A DNA stretch of 63,666 bases, filler included, from Stramenopiles sp. TOSAG23-2 (taxonomy: Eukaryota), in assembly GCA_900128395.1 (NCBI GenBank). It is 7 parts of 7 records of this genome, joined end to end, with 100 filler letters (N's around TTAATTAATTAA, not from the genome) between each part and the next. Parts side by side here need not be neighbours in the genome. Positions count along the whole stretch, not along the records: positions 1 to 27,573 come from LT649413.1; 6 more parts are not named here. One strand, written 5' to 3'. Below are positions 1-10,345 of the stretch, piece by piece. Made by a program: the position numbers and the translations under genes. Position 1 is the stretch's first letter, and each line of letters begins with the position of its first letter. The notes under the pieces are model-generated. The model was given only the letters and a program-made list of their open reading frames with translations, was not told where the DNA came from and did no database searches.

Positions 1-55
1 AAGATGGATTATTTCAATTATATTTGTAGTGCATAAAAATGATTTTAAATCCAAA

Positions 56-3000
56 CAGAAAGCACTCTCATTTAAAAAGCCAGTTATTGATATGGACGAA
101 CCTGAACAAGGTATATTTATTGAGGGGAAAGGGAAAATTGGAAAAGATAAACCGATAGAAGGCTCTACTGATGGAAAAAATCCAACGACAGGTAAAAAAA
201 TGAAATTGACCATTTCCGGAAGTAATTTCGGCCTTCCGAACAGCTCCGCTGTAAGCATTGAATTTGAATGCGGAGATACCTCACAATATTGTGTAAAAGG
301 TAAAAAAATTATACTTAATAACAACAACCCTTTCTGGAAAAACAATCATTCTACTATTGAAACGGTTATGCCAGAAGGTGTGGGAAAAGATTTAGTAATA
401 AAGATATGCGCTGCTGGTCAGTGTTATTCCTTACCGCAGACATTTTCCTTCGCAGATCCTAAAATCACGTCGTTAACGCCAAATGCTGGACTAACGGATG
501 GGTGCAAAGATGGTGCGTGGGAACCATTATCGGTTTGGCATAGTCGTGTTGATGGGGCCTCTCCAGCACAAATCAAGCGCAACCCGCAGCTACAACGACG
601 TTGCAATCAGTGGACACAAGTTAAAATTATTGGTGAAAATTTTGGTCCATTTCCTGAAGCAATTAAAGTAACTGTTGGAACATGTACGGATTACAAAACC
701 GAAAAAGTCTGCACTAGTCTCGTTGGGAAGGGCAAATGCCAGTGGACTAATGATAAATGCAAAACGAATACCGATGTTGAAGATGATAGTGCTTTCACGT
801 TGTTTGATGGTGCGATGTACCCACTCGGTGGTACTGGGCCTGTGCCGTCCAGAAGATTAACGAGTGGTGTAGATGATAACATTGATGCAGAGAACAACAT
901 TATCGATCGAAAGCGACTGACGCAAGCTTTAATTAACTTACATCAGTATGTAAGTAGACAAAACGGAAGGCGGCTAGCTCAAGTTAGTTGTGTAAACCCT
1001 CAAACACGAGATGAGAAATGCATCTGTGGTTCAAAATTGACACATACAGAGCTGGATATTTGTGCACCAGTCGGTTTTGGTGTGAATTTAACATTGCGGG
1101 TTTCTGTCTCTGGACGAGGAAGCGTTGGTGATGTGAAATGGTCTTTTGGTAAACCAAAAGTTACAAGTGCGTTGCCACGCCCGTACGATGCGATGGGTGG
1201 CGAGAAAATCATTTTGCGTGGTATCAATTTTGGTCCTGTGGAAACGGAGACTGATATACAATTAGGTTCCCTGCCATGTGCTGAAGCAAAGTGGATGGAC
1301 AACCATGAGAGTGATGGAAGACCATACGTTGAATGCATGCCTGTAGAAGATGTTGTTGGATCGAAGAATGTATCATTATCAGTAGCGTTACAAGATGCGG
1401 ATAAAATTGTTGGTCTTGAAAATACTGAAAATTCTATTGTATCTAGTCGCTGCAAGCCTGGTGAACCGGATGAAAAAACGGGGAAAAGTCCTAACTATTA
1501 CGCAGCCCCGGATGAACTTTGTTCGCCATGTCCTCAAGGTGCTATTTGTAAAGGTGGAAGTTACGAAGATCCAATATCACAAACATTTTTCTGGAGAGAC
1601 CCATTAGACATCACGGAGCAATATGGAAAAGAAATTGCCGATATCATGGGAGAGAAAGCAGCTGCTGATTATGAAAAAGCAGCTGGCTTGCGTACCATTG
1701 TGGGTGATGAAGGTACTCGCACAGTGCCACGGCGATGTGCAGAAAAGCGTTTATTTACTGATAAAATACAACTCGATTTTCCCCACGCATTCCAACGGGA
1801 TAAATGCTACGATTTTGTCCCATGTTCACCACAAGAGAGTTGTTTAGGAGGAAACAAATGCGAAGTTGGATATGAACATCAAGCATTGTTTTGCCAACAG
1901 AAAGTTGATAAAGGTGAGATCCCAGCTGAGCAAATGACATGTTCAGTAAGCTTGCAGTGTCGATCTAGGTCCGGCGGTGTAAAATGTACACGCGCGATTG
2001 CGGAAGTGTGCCAATGTCCACCAGAATGGGAATGGAGACAACGATCATTTAGCTGTTTAAAAAGATGCTTACGAGATCCGGTGAGGATGGACAAATTAGA
2101 ATCTGCATGTGCAGGCATGTATGGGCGCAAAGATACGGCAATTGAGAATTTATATCAAGTCATAGCACGTGGAGAATGCATGTCGCGAAATCCGGAAGAT
2201 TGTTCGGAATGCGTCGAAGTTAAAAATATTACCGGTGGTCCTAGCACTGGCATGTGCCAATGTTTACCTGGAAAACGTTGTGCGTTTTGCACAGCTACTA
2301 CACATTATAAGATCGACGGTAAGTGCGAAGAATGCCCAGCAAATCCGGAATTGGTTATCATCGGCTTTATTTTTGGAATTATTTGCGTGTGCGTCTTTAT
2401 GCGATGGCTTGATAAGCGTCGTTTTAATTTGGCATTTATTAATATTGGTTGGGACTACTTTCAAGTCTTGGCCATGTTTACAGATTGCGATGTGGATTGG
2501 CCACCAGCATTAAAATCACTTTATCGAGCATTGTCGTTCTTTTCATTTGATATTGATATTGTCGCGCCGGAATGCTTAGTACCAGACTTTCCTTATGAAA
2601 CTAAATTTTGGATGGTGATTTTATCCCCAATCATTTTAGGTGCATTTTTAATTTTATGCTGGGCATGTTACATGGTATTCAACGCTTTTTACATGAAGCG
2701 TGCCAGGGACAAAATAGCGCATTATAAGTTTACCGCTGTACTGTTGCTATCGTTTTATTATTTGTACATTTCCGTCACCAGGCGTGCATTGGAAATTTTC
2801 AACTGCAACCCATTGACACCAGATGACGGCCTATTGTACACGGGTTTTACGTCATATGAATGTGACAGTGGCCCATGCGAATGTGGAAACCCACGACATG
2901 TACAAGTACGACTTGTTTTACCAGCCATTATTGCACTTGTGTACATGACGTTTGGGTTCCCGATCATTATATTGTATTTACTACGCCACAATAAAACATT

Positions 3001-4123
3001 GATTAAAGAGGATCAACTTTTAAGAGCACATGATACTGGCGAGAGTATCTTTACGAACCCACGGTCGTTTTACCTACGCACATGGTTGCATAAAATGTAT
3101 TTCTATTTTAAGCCTGGAAAAACATATTGGATTATTATTATTATTTTAAGGAAATGTGGTATTTGCTTTGCAGCATTGATGTTCCGTGCCAATCCAGGAT
3201 TTCAGTTAGCATTTGTTCTATTGATATTATTCATATGCTATGTCGTGCAAGTGAAACACCAGCCATACATGAGTACCGTGCAACGGAATGAAGCGCTAGC
3301 AGAACATCATCGGAAAGCATATGATGAAAGAGATCCAGAACATATGCGAATAGAGGAATCTATTAAAGCAGCATTTGCGTATGTTCAAAGGAAAAAATCG
3401 ATAAGTGATCGGAGGCACAAGCGCAACGATGTTGAATTTAGTGACAGTGGTAATTTAATCCATCGTATTGGAATGGGTGACCATAAACAAAAATATTTCT
3501 GGGATTACAATACAGTGGAACAAATATTATTAGCTTGCGCCATTCTTGTCTGCTTATCTGGTATTATGTTTGAAAGTGATCGATTTAAAAATGATAAATT
3601 TGGTAAATTTACTTGGCAACGGGAGATGATCACGTGGATGGTTCTTTTAGTCGTCGTATTTTCTATCGTATATTATTCGATTGTTTTGATATCTGAAATT
3701 TATGGAAAAGTGCCTAGTGTGATTGAAAAATTGTTTGCAAAAAAGAAAGGAGTGAACCAAGCAAAATCATTTCAACATATAAATAGTATGGACGAGGTAG
3801 AATTCAGTACAAATCCGGTATTTTTAAATGATGGAAAAGATTTGGAAAAATTAAAACAAGAGCAAGCGAAACAAATTGAAAACTCTGAGATGACTGCAGA
3901 AGCGTTGATGGAACGAAATGCTATATTGCAACAACGATTGCGTGCGGCTCAACAAAAAGATGCTAGAAAAAGTTTAAGCAATGTTGGTGGTGAAGTAGAA
4001 ATGGCACCTAGACGAAGAAAAAATAAGAAAAAAGGTTTTGATTTCTCAAATGCTGGTGGTGAAGTTGCAATTGTTGATGGTGAAGTTGTGACAGGTGAAG
4101 TAGCACAAGAGGAAGTCGTTTAA
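56..4123 (+). CDS. Large cell-surface receptor-like protein: IPT/TIG repeats, Cys-rich region, multi-pass C-terminal TM domain and coiled-coil tail; 5'-truncated
   Basis: 1364-aa ORF. IPT/TIG-like motifs (LTISGSNFG, PKITSLTP, IIGENFG, ILRGINFG), CSPCPQGAIC-type Cys repeats, about 7-8 hydrophobic helices after ~aa 780. Bases 1-55 are an inverted copy of 4531-4585, so the GTG start at 29 is not genuine. Confidence 0.75.
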   Translation, partial: QKALSFKKPVIDMDEPEQGIFIEGKGKIGKDKPIEGSTDGKNPTTGKKMKLTISGSNFGLPNSSAVSIEFECGDTSQYCVKGKKIILNNNNPFWKNNHSTIETVMPEGVGKDLVIKICAAGQCYSLPQTFSFADPKITSLTPNAGLTDGCKDGAWEPLSVWHSRVDGASPAQIKRNPQLQRRCNQWTQVKIIGENFGPFPEAIKVTVGTCTDYKTEKVCTSLVGKGKCQWTNDKCKTNTDVEDDSAFTLFDGAMYPLGGTGPVPSRRLTSGVDDNIDAENNIIDRKRLTQALINLHQYVSRQNGRRLAQVSCVNPQTRDEKCICGSKLTHTELDICAPVGFGVNLTLRVSVSGRGSVGDVKWSFGKPKVTSALPRPYDAMGGEKIILRGINFGPVETETDIQLGSLPCAEAKWMDNHESDGRPYVECMPVEDVVGSKNVSLSVALQDADKIVGLENTENSIVSSRCKPGEPDEKTGKSPNYYAAPDELCSPCPQGAICKGGSYEDPISQTFFWRDPLDITEQYGKEIADIMGEKAAADYEKAAGLRTIVGDEGTRTVPRRCAEKRLFTDKIQLDFPHAFQRDKCYDFVPCSPQESCLGGNKCEVGYEHQALFCQQKVDKGEIPAEQMTCSVSLQCRSRSGGVKCTRAIAEVCQCPPEWEWRQRSFSCLKRCLRDPVRMDKLESACAGMYGRKDTAIENLYQVIARGECMSRNPEDCSECVEVKNITGGPSTGMCQCLPGKRCAFCTATTHYKIDGKCEECPANPELVIIGFIFGIICVCVFMRWLDKRRFNLAFINIGWDYFQVLAMFTDCDVDWPPALKSLYRALSFFSFDIDIVAPECLVPDFPYETKFWMVILSPIILGAFLILCWACYMVFNAFYMKRARDKIAHYKFTAVLLLSFYYLYISVTRRALEIFNCNPLTPDDGLLYTGFTSYECDSGPCECGNPRHVQVRLVLPAIIALVYMTFGFPIIILYLLRHNKTLIKEDQLLRAHDTGESIFTNPRSFYLRTWLHKMYFYFKPGKTYWIIIIILRKCGICFAALMFRANPGFQLAFVLLILFICYVVQVKHQPYMSTVQRNEALAEHHRKAYDERDPEHMRIEESIKAAFAYVQRKKSISDRRHKRNDVEFSDSGNLIHRIGMGDHKQKYFWDYNTVEQILLACAILVCLSGIMFESDRFKNDKFGKFTWQREMITWMVLLVVVFSIVYYSIVLISEIYGKVPSVIEKLFAKKKGVNQAKSFQHINSMDEVEFSTNPVFLNDGKDLEKLKQEQAKQIENSEMTAEALMERNAILQQRLRAAQQKDARKSLSNVGGEVEMAPRRRKNKKKGFDFSNAGGEVAIVDGEVVTGEVAQEEVV

Positions 4124-4530
4124 AAAGAAGAAAAAAGTGAGAGAGATCAAGAGAAATTTTGTGTGTGTGATGAGATGTGTTGTTTAACAGAGAGAGTAAA
4201 AACTATTGATACAAGTGTTTGTTAACGTCGTGTAGTACTCGTATTTTGTGAATATTTAATCATTCAATTCTTTATTTTTATATTTAAATATTATATTTAA
4301 ATAAAAAACAAAACATTGTGGTTAAAAAAAATTCGTTAAAATTAAAATATATTGTTTTCCTCTTGACGACAACCACCGGGTATTACGACTCGTAATATTT
4401 ATGTTATAATATTTTTCAAGGAAGAAGAATGAAATTGATTTTCTGCGATCTTCTTTTCTAAAAAAATATCAGCAAAAACCAACATTTTCAATAAGACATC
4501 CACTAATATTAGTATGGACATAGCATTGTA

Positions 4531-4794
4531 TTTGGATTTAAAATCATTTTTATGCACTACAAATATAATTGAAATAATCCATCTTAACAGGCACACACCA
4601 TTGCTGGATTGCACGAAAGAGCCATTCTTGTTGAAACACAAAACAACACATAACACATAGAATTTGGATTTAAAATCATTTTTATGCACTACAAATATAA
4701 TTGAAATAATCCATCTTAACAGGCACACACCATTGCTGGATTGCACGAAAGAGCCATTCTTGTTGAAACACAAAACAACACATAACACATAGAA
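4531..4794. repeat. Exact 132-bp tandem duplication; its first 55 bp also occur inverted at 1-55
   Basis: 4531-4662 = 4663-4794; 1-55 = reverse complement of 4531-4585. Confidence 0.95.
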
Positions 4795-5649
4795 CAGGAA
4801 AAAAATATATATCCTTACAGTCTATCTATATATACGGAGAAACAAAAAAGAAAAGAAATGTAAGACACGAGTGGTGTCAACTCACGGTGCAAGGACTGTA
4901 TGTAAATATGTATTTGTATAAATAATTGAAAGAACGAAAAAGAATTACAATACATATATATATATTTATATATACAAAGTCTGGAGTGCACATGAGTTAT
5001 ATTCGCAAAAGTGGAAAAGCTGGGTTGATTTACAACTATTTTCGAGGAAAATGATGCATATATGATTATAGAAAATAGGTTACTGCTATTCTGAGGTTTA
5101 AGGGTCATGTGGTCAGGGATGTTCCCGGTTCCGCCTTTTTCCAACACGCATTGTTTGTAACTGGTAACAATTCACGAGTTATATATAACATTCTTAGTAA
5201 ACTTTTGCGTCTGAAAGTATTCTGTTCAATTTGTTCATCGAGTTTCGTAAAATGTCCTTCTGTATCCGCTGTATATAGTTTATCGGTGTGGGCCCGGTGT
5301 TATTAAAACACAAACCCTACTACTGCGGTATGGATAGATGGTGCTGAATTAATGTGCTCAGCATTACATGTGGGATCGTGATATCTGAAATATATATCCC
5401 CCTGGTTCATCGACACGGACGTCTCATGATCATTTTATGATAGTCTTTCGCTGGTCAGCTTGTTTGTTTACTCCAGTATCTGTGCATGTTACCTATTATT
5501 TAATAGTGTTTCCAACATCATGGTATATCGGAAGTAACATACTTGCAGCAAACGATTAACTATGACCAAGCCAAAATTGTTTCATTAATTCAGGCATTAC
5601 TACGAATATCACAAAAACAACAACAAAAACTGTGGCGTCGGCAACAAAA

Positions 5650-6921
5650 ATGGGTGATTCCATTGTTAATACAAAAATAACAATGAAAGAGGAATCGAAA
5701 AAGGAAATTGAGTTGAAGATGGGGGAAAAAGAGGCCAAAGTTGAAGAAAAAAAGAAGAAATATGAAGTAGATGTATATAAATCTTTCGATGACATGGGCC
5801 TAAAAGAAAATTTATTGAGAGGATTATATTCTATGGGTTACGAGAATCCGTCTGTCATTCAGCAGAGAGCAATTGTTCCAGTATATCGAGGTAAAGATGT
5901 AATTGCCCAGTCCCAGTCCGGGACTGGGAAAACATGTAGTTTTTGTACCGGGATATTACAATCTATGGATAGTTCATTGCAACACGTCCAAGCTATAATT
6001 TTAGCACCAACGCGGGAATTAGCACAGCAAAATAGAAATGTGATGGGAGACATAGCTTTACATATGAAAGAAATTAACATTCATTTACTAATTGGTGGGC
6101 AAGGCCAACCATCAAATCGAGAACATTGTAATATTTTAATGCAAGGAAATGTTCACGTAATTGTTGGAACGCCTGGAAGGGTATTTCATTTGATTGAACA
6201 AGGCGCATTACGCATTGACCAGTTAAAAATGTTTGTATTGGATGAAGCAGATGAAATGTTAGATATGGGATTTAAAGATCAAATTTATGATATTGTTAAA
6301 TATTGCCCGGAAGATACACAAATATGTTTATTTTCAGCTACTATGCCACAAGAAGCGTTGGATATTACAGCCAAATTTATGCGTGATCCGATTCGTATTT
6401 TAGTGAAAAAAGAAGCTGTAACATTAGAAGGTATCAAGCAATTTTTCATAAATGTTGAGCAAGAAAATTGGAAACTTGATACCTTGTGCGATTTGTATGA
6501 AAGCGAATTGACGATTACCCAAGCAATCATATTTGTAAATACAATCAGGAAAGCCGACTGGTTGATGGAAAAAATGGAAGAACGAGATTTTACTGTAAGC
6601 TGTCTCCATGGTCGAATGGAGCAATCGGAACGTGAATTAAGAATTAAAGAATTCCGTAGTGGCAGTAGTCGGGTGCTTATTACAACAGATGTTCTTTCCA
6701 GAGGTTTTGATTGTCAGCAAGTTAATTTGGTTATCAACTATGATTTACCAAGGAAACGTGAATCGTACATTCATCGAATAGGTAGATCTGGCAGAATGGG
6801 CAGAAAAGGTGTTGCTATAAATTTCGTTTGTAGTTACGATGTACGTCAAATGCGAGATATTGAGGAATATTATCAAACTAAATGGGATATATTACCAGGT
6901 AATTTAAAAGCAGTTCAATAA
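5650..6921 (+). CDS. eIF4A: eIF4A-family DEAD-box RNA helicase (divergent paralogue)
   Basis: Q motif ([23 protein letters not shown]), [42 protein letters not shown] and [10 protein letters not shown]. First ATG at 5650. Confidence 0.92.
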   Translation: MGDSIVNTKITMKEESKKEIELKMGEKEAKVEEKKKKYEVDVYKSFDDMGLKENLLRGLYSMGYENPSVIQQRAIVPVYRGKDVIAQSQSGTGKTCSFCTGILQSMDSSLQHVQAIILAPTRELAQQNRNVMGDIALHMKEINIHLLIGGQGQPSNREHCNILMQGNVHVIVGTPGRVFHLIEQGALRIDQLKMFVLDEADEMLDMGFKDQIYDIVKYCPEDTQICLFSATMPQEALDITAKFMRDPIRILVKKEAVTLEGIKQFFINVEQENWKLDTLCDLYESELTITQAIIFVNTIRKADWLMEKMEERDFTVSCLHGRMEQSERELRIKEFRSGSSRVLITTDVLSRGFDCQQVNLVINYDLPRKRESYIHRIGRSGRMGRKGVAINFVCSYDVRQMRDIEEYYQTKWDILPGNLKAVQ

Positions 6922-7185
6922 ATAATTTGAAGAGAGAGAAAAAAAAAGTTAACTTTTGATAGCGTGTGTAATACGAATAATATTTTTTATATTTTTTTTA
7001 CGACTCTCGTTATAAACACATCAATTTATATTTCTCGTATTATTTTATAATTATTTTTTAAACACCTCTACACACATGCAAACACCCACTCTCTGCAGTA
7101 TCAAAACCTTTATATTTAAATATTGTGTGCGGTGTGGGTATTTTATTTTACTCCACACTCCAGAAATGCCATCTCTCTCTCTCTC

Positions 7186-9498
7186 TTAAACACATGGCAA
7201 ACATTTACTTCCTAATGATGGATAATTATTGTTTGCTTTGAAACATTTTTCGTTTGTATCATACATAAGCCCGCACCCATTCAAACCACTAGTCCCATCA
7301 TAAAAAGGTTGAATCGCGTGAAAGGATTTCTGATTAGCAAGACACGCTATTCCATTTGCTAAATTTTCGACCCCTGTTGCGTTAACATCAGATGCTCCTA
7401 AATCCAATGACAATAATTCAAGTTGTCCATGTTGTGCAAACATTTTAAACATTTTCCCAACATGGTCAAACATATTATTATTTAAGGAAGTGTTAGTTTG
7501 TGCAGCTGATGCATCTTCAAAATTTAATCGTAATTCTTTCAATTTACTATTTTGCGCACCAATCGATAACTCATCCACAAAGGCAATAATTCCACCAGCA
7601 AGAACATCGACGCACTCATTAAAGCTGATATATAAAGCTTCTAAGTCCGATAACGTTGCCAGCGCACTACCAATTGCACGCGTGCCTATTTCAGTCAAAT
7701 TTCCATTATCGTCAAGATCTTCCAAGCGCATAAATAATGTTAAGTTTTTTAAATTCTTTCCAAATTTTTGTAAATACGAACTCAGTTTAATTGCATCATC
7801 ATCGTGCATGCCATCCACTCCTATATTGATTGAAAGGTTTCTTAAATTAGTATTGTATTCCAATATATCTTTTAAAGCGTTTGCTAGGCTAATGTTTTTA
7901 TTAAACATTGCATCAACTGTCAATGATGTCAACTGGTTTAAACTACCTAGACCGTTTCTACTCGAAAAAAAATCATCCCATGATGAATCCAAATTATCAT
8001 CCGAGGAACATGAATATGTTAGATTTTTTAACATTTTGTTCTCTTTTAACACCTTGAATGATTCTTGCAAACTATTTGTAACATTTGAATTTCTACAAGG
8101 CCAATCTGATCCTTTACCGCATTGTACAGATATATTGTTCACGTGAAAGCATCCGAATGGAATATTTGGAAGTTTGGAACAAGTGCCGTTTATATTGTTA
8201 CAATATGGTTTCTTCTTGTCGCCGCAATCCTTATCTACCATACATTCATATTGACATTGATTACCACCGCGATGACCAACAGTGCATTTATCACATACAC
8301 ATTTACCTTTTACTAATGTTGCCTTTCCATTGTTATTACAAAACGCTTCGTCATTGCATTTAACATTGTTCATTGTAACTGCAGTTGATTGTAATAATAG
8401 ACCACATTCACCTCCAGATTTATCGTTTATACCTTTTCCCAATTGGAAATAACCATTTTCACCCCACGATGCGCCCCAACTATTTTTGACCTTCCAATAT
8501 GAATTACCGTTGTTAGTATTGGTGTAACCAACTACTAATACTCCATGATCAATAGCGTTACCGCATGGAGCATTAATAATTCCAGATTTATAATGTTGAA
8601 AAATTGTAGCATTAGCATCTATGGCAATGGCAACAGGGCCGTTGTTTGCTACTTCGTATTCAATATCATTTTCTGTTTTCAAAGCATGCCATCCAGAAAT
8701 TACATTTTCAGGCAATACATTCATTGGATCCTTTTCAATAAATGAAAACAATCTACATGGAGCACCATTCGCAGCATATAAATCATTATCATAGGTCATA
8801 ATATATTCATATACATTTTCACTTAGTAACACATGCTTCGTTGTATTATTTGATAAATAATTTAACGAGTTGCGAATATTACCACCACCACAAGCCATAT
8901 TCCCATACGGTTTAGAACAATCTAATAATTGTTGCTCCGAAAGTTGCAAAAGAGTTTCTTTTCCAGTTGTATTTGTAACAATAGCATATCTAGATTCTAA
9001 CATACCAGTCGTCGCAAATGCCCAGCAAGAGCCACATGCTAATTGGTTTTTGACAGGTGTTACTTTTCCAAGGGCATCCCAATCAATAGATGGTGGATTA
9101 CCATATTGTGTTGCCGATGATCGTCTAACTATGTCACTTGGAGATACGTCTTCACGTTTCATTAAATATTTATTTGTAAATTCTTTATGTGTCATGTCTG
9201 TAAATGGACCATACCCTAGAATAACTTCATTATCGCCAATCGTTGTTTGTGAATTGTACTGGTTGATATATTCAACATTTGATTTGAATATTTTGAATCG
9301 CTCTATCACCTCAACTTCATCCTCATATTTTTTTGAATATGAATTCAAATATGTTTGAAAAGCATTTTCTGTTGCAGATAATGTGTGTACTTTTTGTTTC
9401 GCACTTACAAAATGAACAAATGTTGTTAATGATGACAATAATATTAGGAACACTAATACAAAAGTAACATCAAATAATGGAATGAAAAAAATTGCCAT
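7186..9498 (-). CDS. Papain-family (C1A) cathepsin L-like protease with signal/anchor, I29 prodomain, EGF-like repeats and C-terminal LRR-like region
   Basis: ERFNIN-like prodomain (ERFKIFKSNVEYIN), QLACGSCWAF (catalytic Cys), DHGVLVVGY (His), YWKVKNSWG (Asn), then C-x4-CNNNG-CVC EGF-like units and LxxLxL repeats. Confidence 0.9.
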   Translation of the reverse strand: MAIFFIPLFDVTFVLVFLILLSSLTTFVHFVSAKQKVHTLSATENAFQTYLNSYSKKYEDEVEVIERFKIFKSNVEYINQYNSQTTIGDNEVILGYGPFTDMTHKEFTNKYLMKREDVSPSDIVRRSSATQYGNPPSIDWDALGKVTPVKNQLACGSCWAFATTGMLESRYAIVTNTTGKETLLQLSEQQLLDCSKPYGNMACGGGNIRNSLNYLSNNTTKHVLLSENVYEYIMTYDNDLYAANGAPCRLFSFIEKDPMNVLPENVISGWHALKTENDIEYEVANNGPVAIAIDANATIFQHYKSGIINAPCGNAIDHGVLVVGYTNTNNGNSYWKVKNSWGASWGENGYFQLGKGINDKSGGECGLLLQSTAVTMNNVKCNDEAFCNNNGKATLVKGKCVCDKCTVGHRGGNQCQYECMVDKDCGDKKKPYCNNINGTCSKLPNIPFGCFHVNNISVQCGKGSDWPCRNSNVTNSLQESFKVLKENKMLKNLTYSCSSDDNLDSSWDDFFSSRNGLGSLNQLTSLTVDAMFNKNISLANALKDILEYNTNLRNLSINIGVDGMHDDDAIKLSSYLQKFGKNLKNLTLFMRLEDLDDNGNLTEIGTRAIGSALATLSDLEALYISFNECVDVLAGGIIAFVDELSIGAQNSKLKELRLNFEDASAAQTNTSLNNNMFDHVGKMFKMFAQHGQLELLSLDLGASDVNATGVENLANGIACLANQKSFHAIQPFYDGTSGLNGCGLMYDTNEKCFKANNNYPSLGSKCLPCV

Positions 9499-9836
9499 TT
9501 CATAAATATATCGGAAGGAAAGAAGGTAGGGTGTCCCGGTATGATTAGATGATAAGCTAAACGAAACTGTTATTTTCCATCTCTATTTGACAACTTCCAT
9601 TTCACTTTTCCTTTTTCTATTATTTGCATCATCACAGGTTGTTTTTTTGCCTCTGCTGAAATTAAAAATTATTTTTTTTTATAAAAAAACACAACATTTA
9701 AGTGAATTAAGGTATTATAGCTCTACTACGTACTACTACAGTACAGCACAGCAGCACAGCCCAAACTAAAACGAAAACACGAAAACACGAAAACTATGGC
9801 ATACCAGGCATATAATACAGTCTTTTTTTTGAGGGG

Positions 9837-9890
9837 GGCTGTCCAGCTGTCTGATGGCTGTCGTCTGGCTGTCCGGCTGTCCAGGCTCCA
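9837..9890. repeat. GC-rich micro-array of GCTGTC x5 in a divergent intergenic region
   Basis: GCTGTC at 9838, 9846, 9857, 9868 and 9876 with variable 2-5 nt spacers. Confidence 0.85.
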
Positions 9891-10345
9891 GTGTTATAAC
9901 TTTGTACTTTGTATAATATAATATAATAGTATAAGTATTTGTTGAAACGATGGGGGTAAAGAAATAAAATACAAATAGTTTTACCAACACTATGATATGC
10001 AATATAATAGATGTGATGGAAATGGCAGGATGTGATGACACACTCTGGCACTCTATAAATAGTGAAGCGGAAGATGTTCTTTCCAGCTTTATAAAATAAT
10101 AAAGGATGATGATCGATTAAAATTAAACGTTATTAATAATTACAGTATTTTTTTTTTATTATGTAAAATACTAAAACATCTATAGTCTATAATCTATCGT
10201 AGACAACCCCCTCCCCATCCCACAATTGACGGTGTGTTTGTGTGTGTTGTTATTAAACCTACACGTAGATAAGCGAAGAAATTGTATATCTAACTATACC
10301 GTTTTGGCGACAGTATATGTTACAACAAATTATACAATAACACCC

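Noticed and set aside
1-4585. DNA transposon with terminal inverted repeats carrying the 1364-aa gene
   Set aside because: No transposase, the repeat cuts into the coding frame at the contig edge, and a similar inversion ends the same contig; a chimera is more parsimonious.
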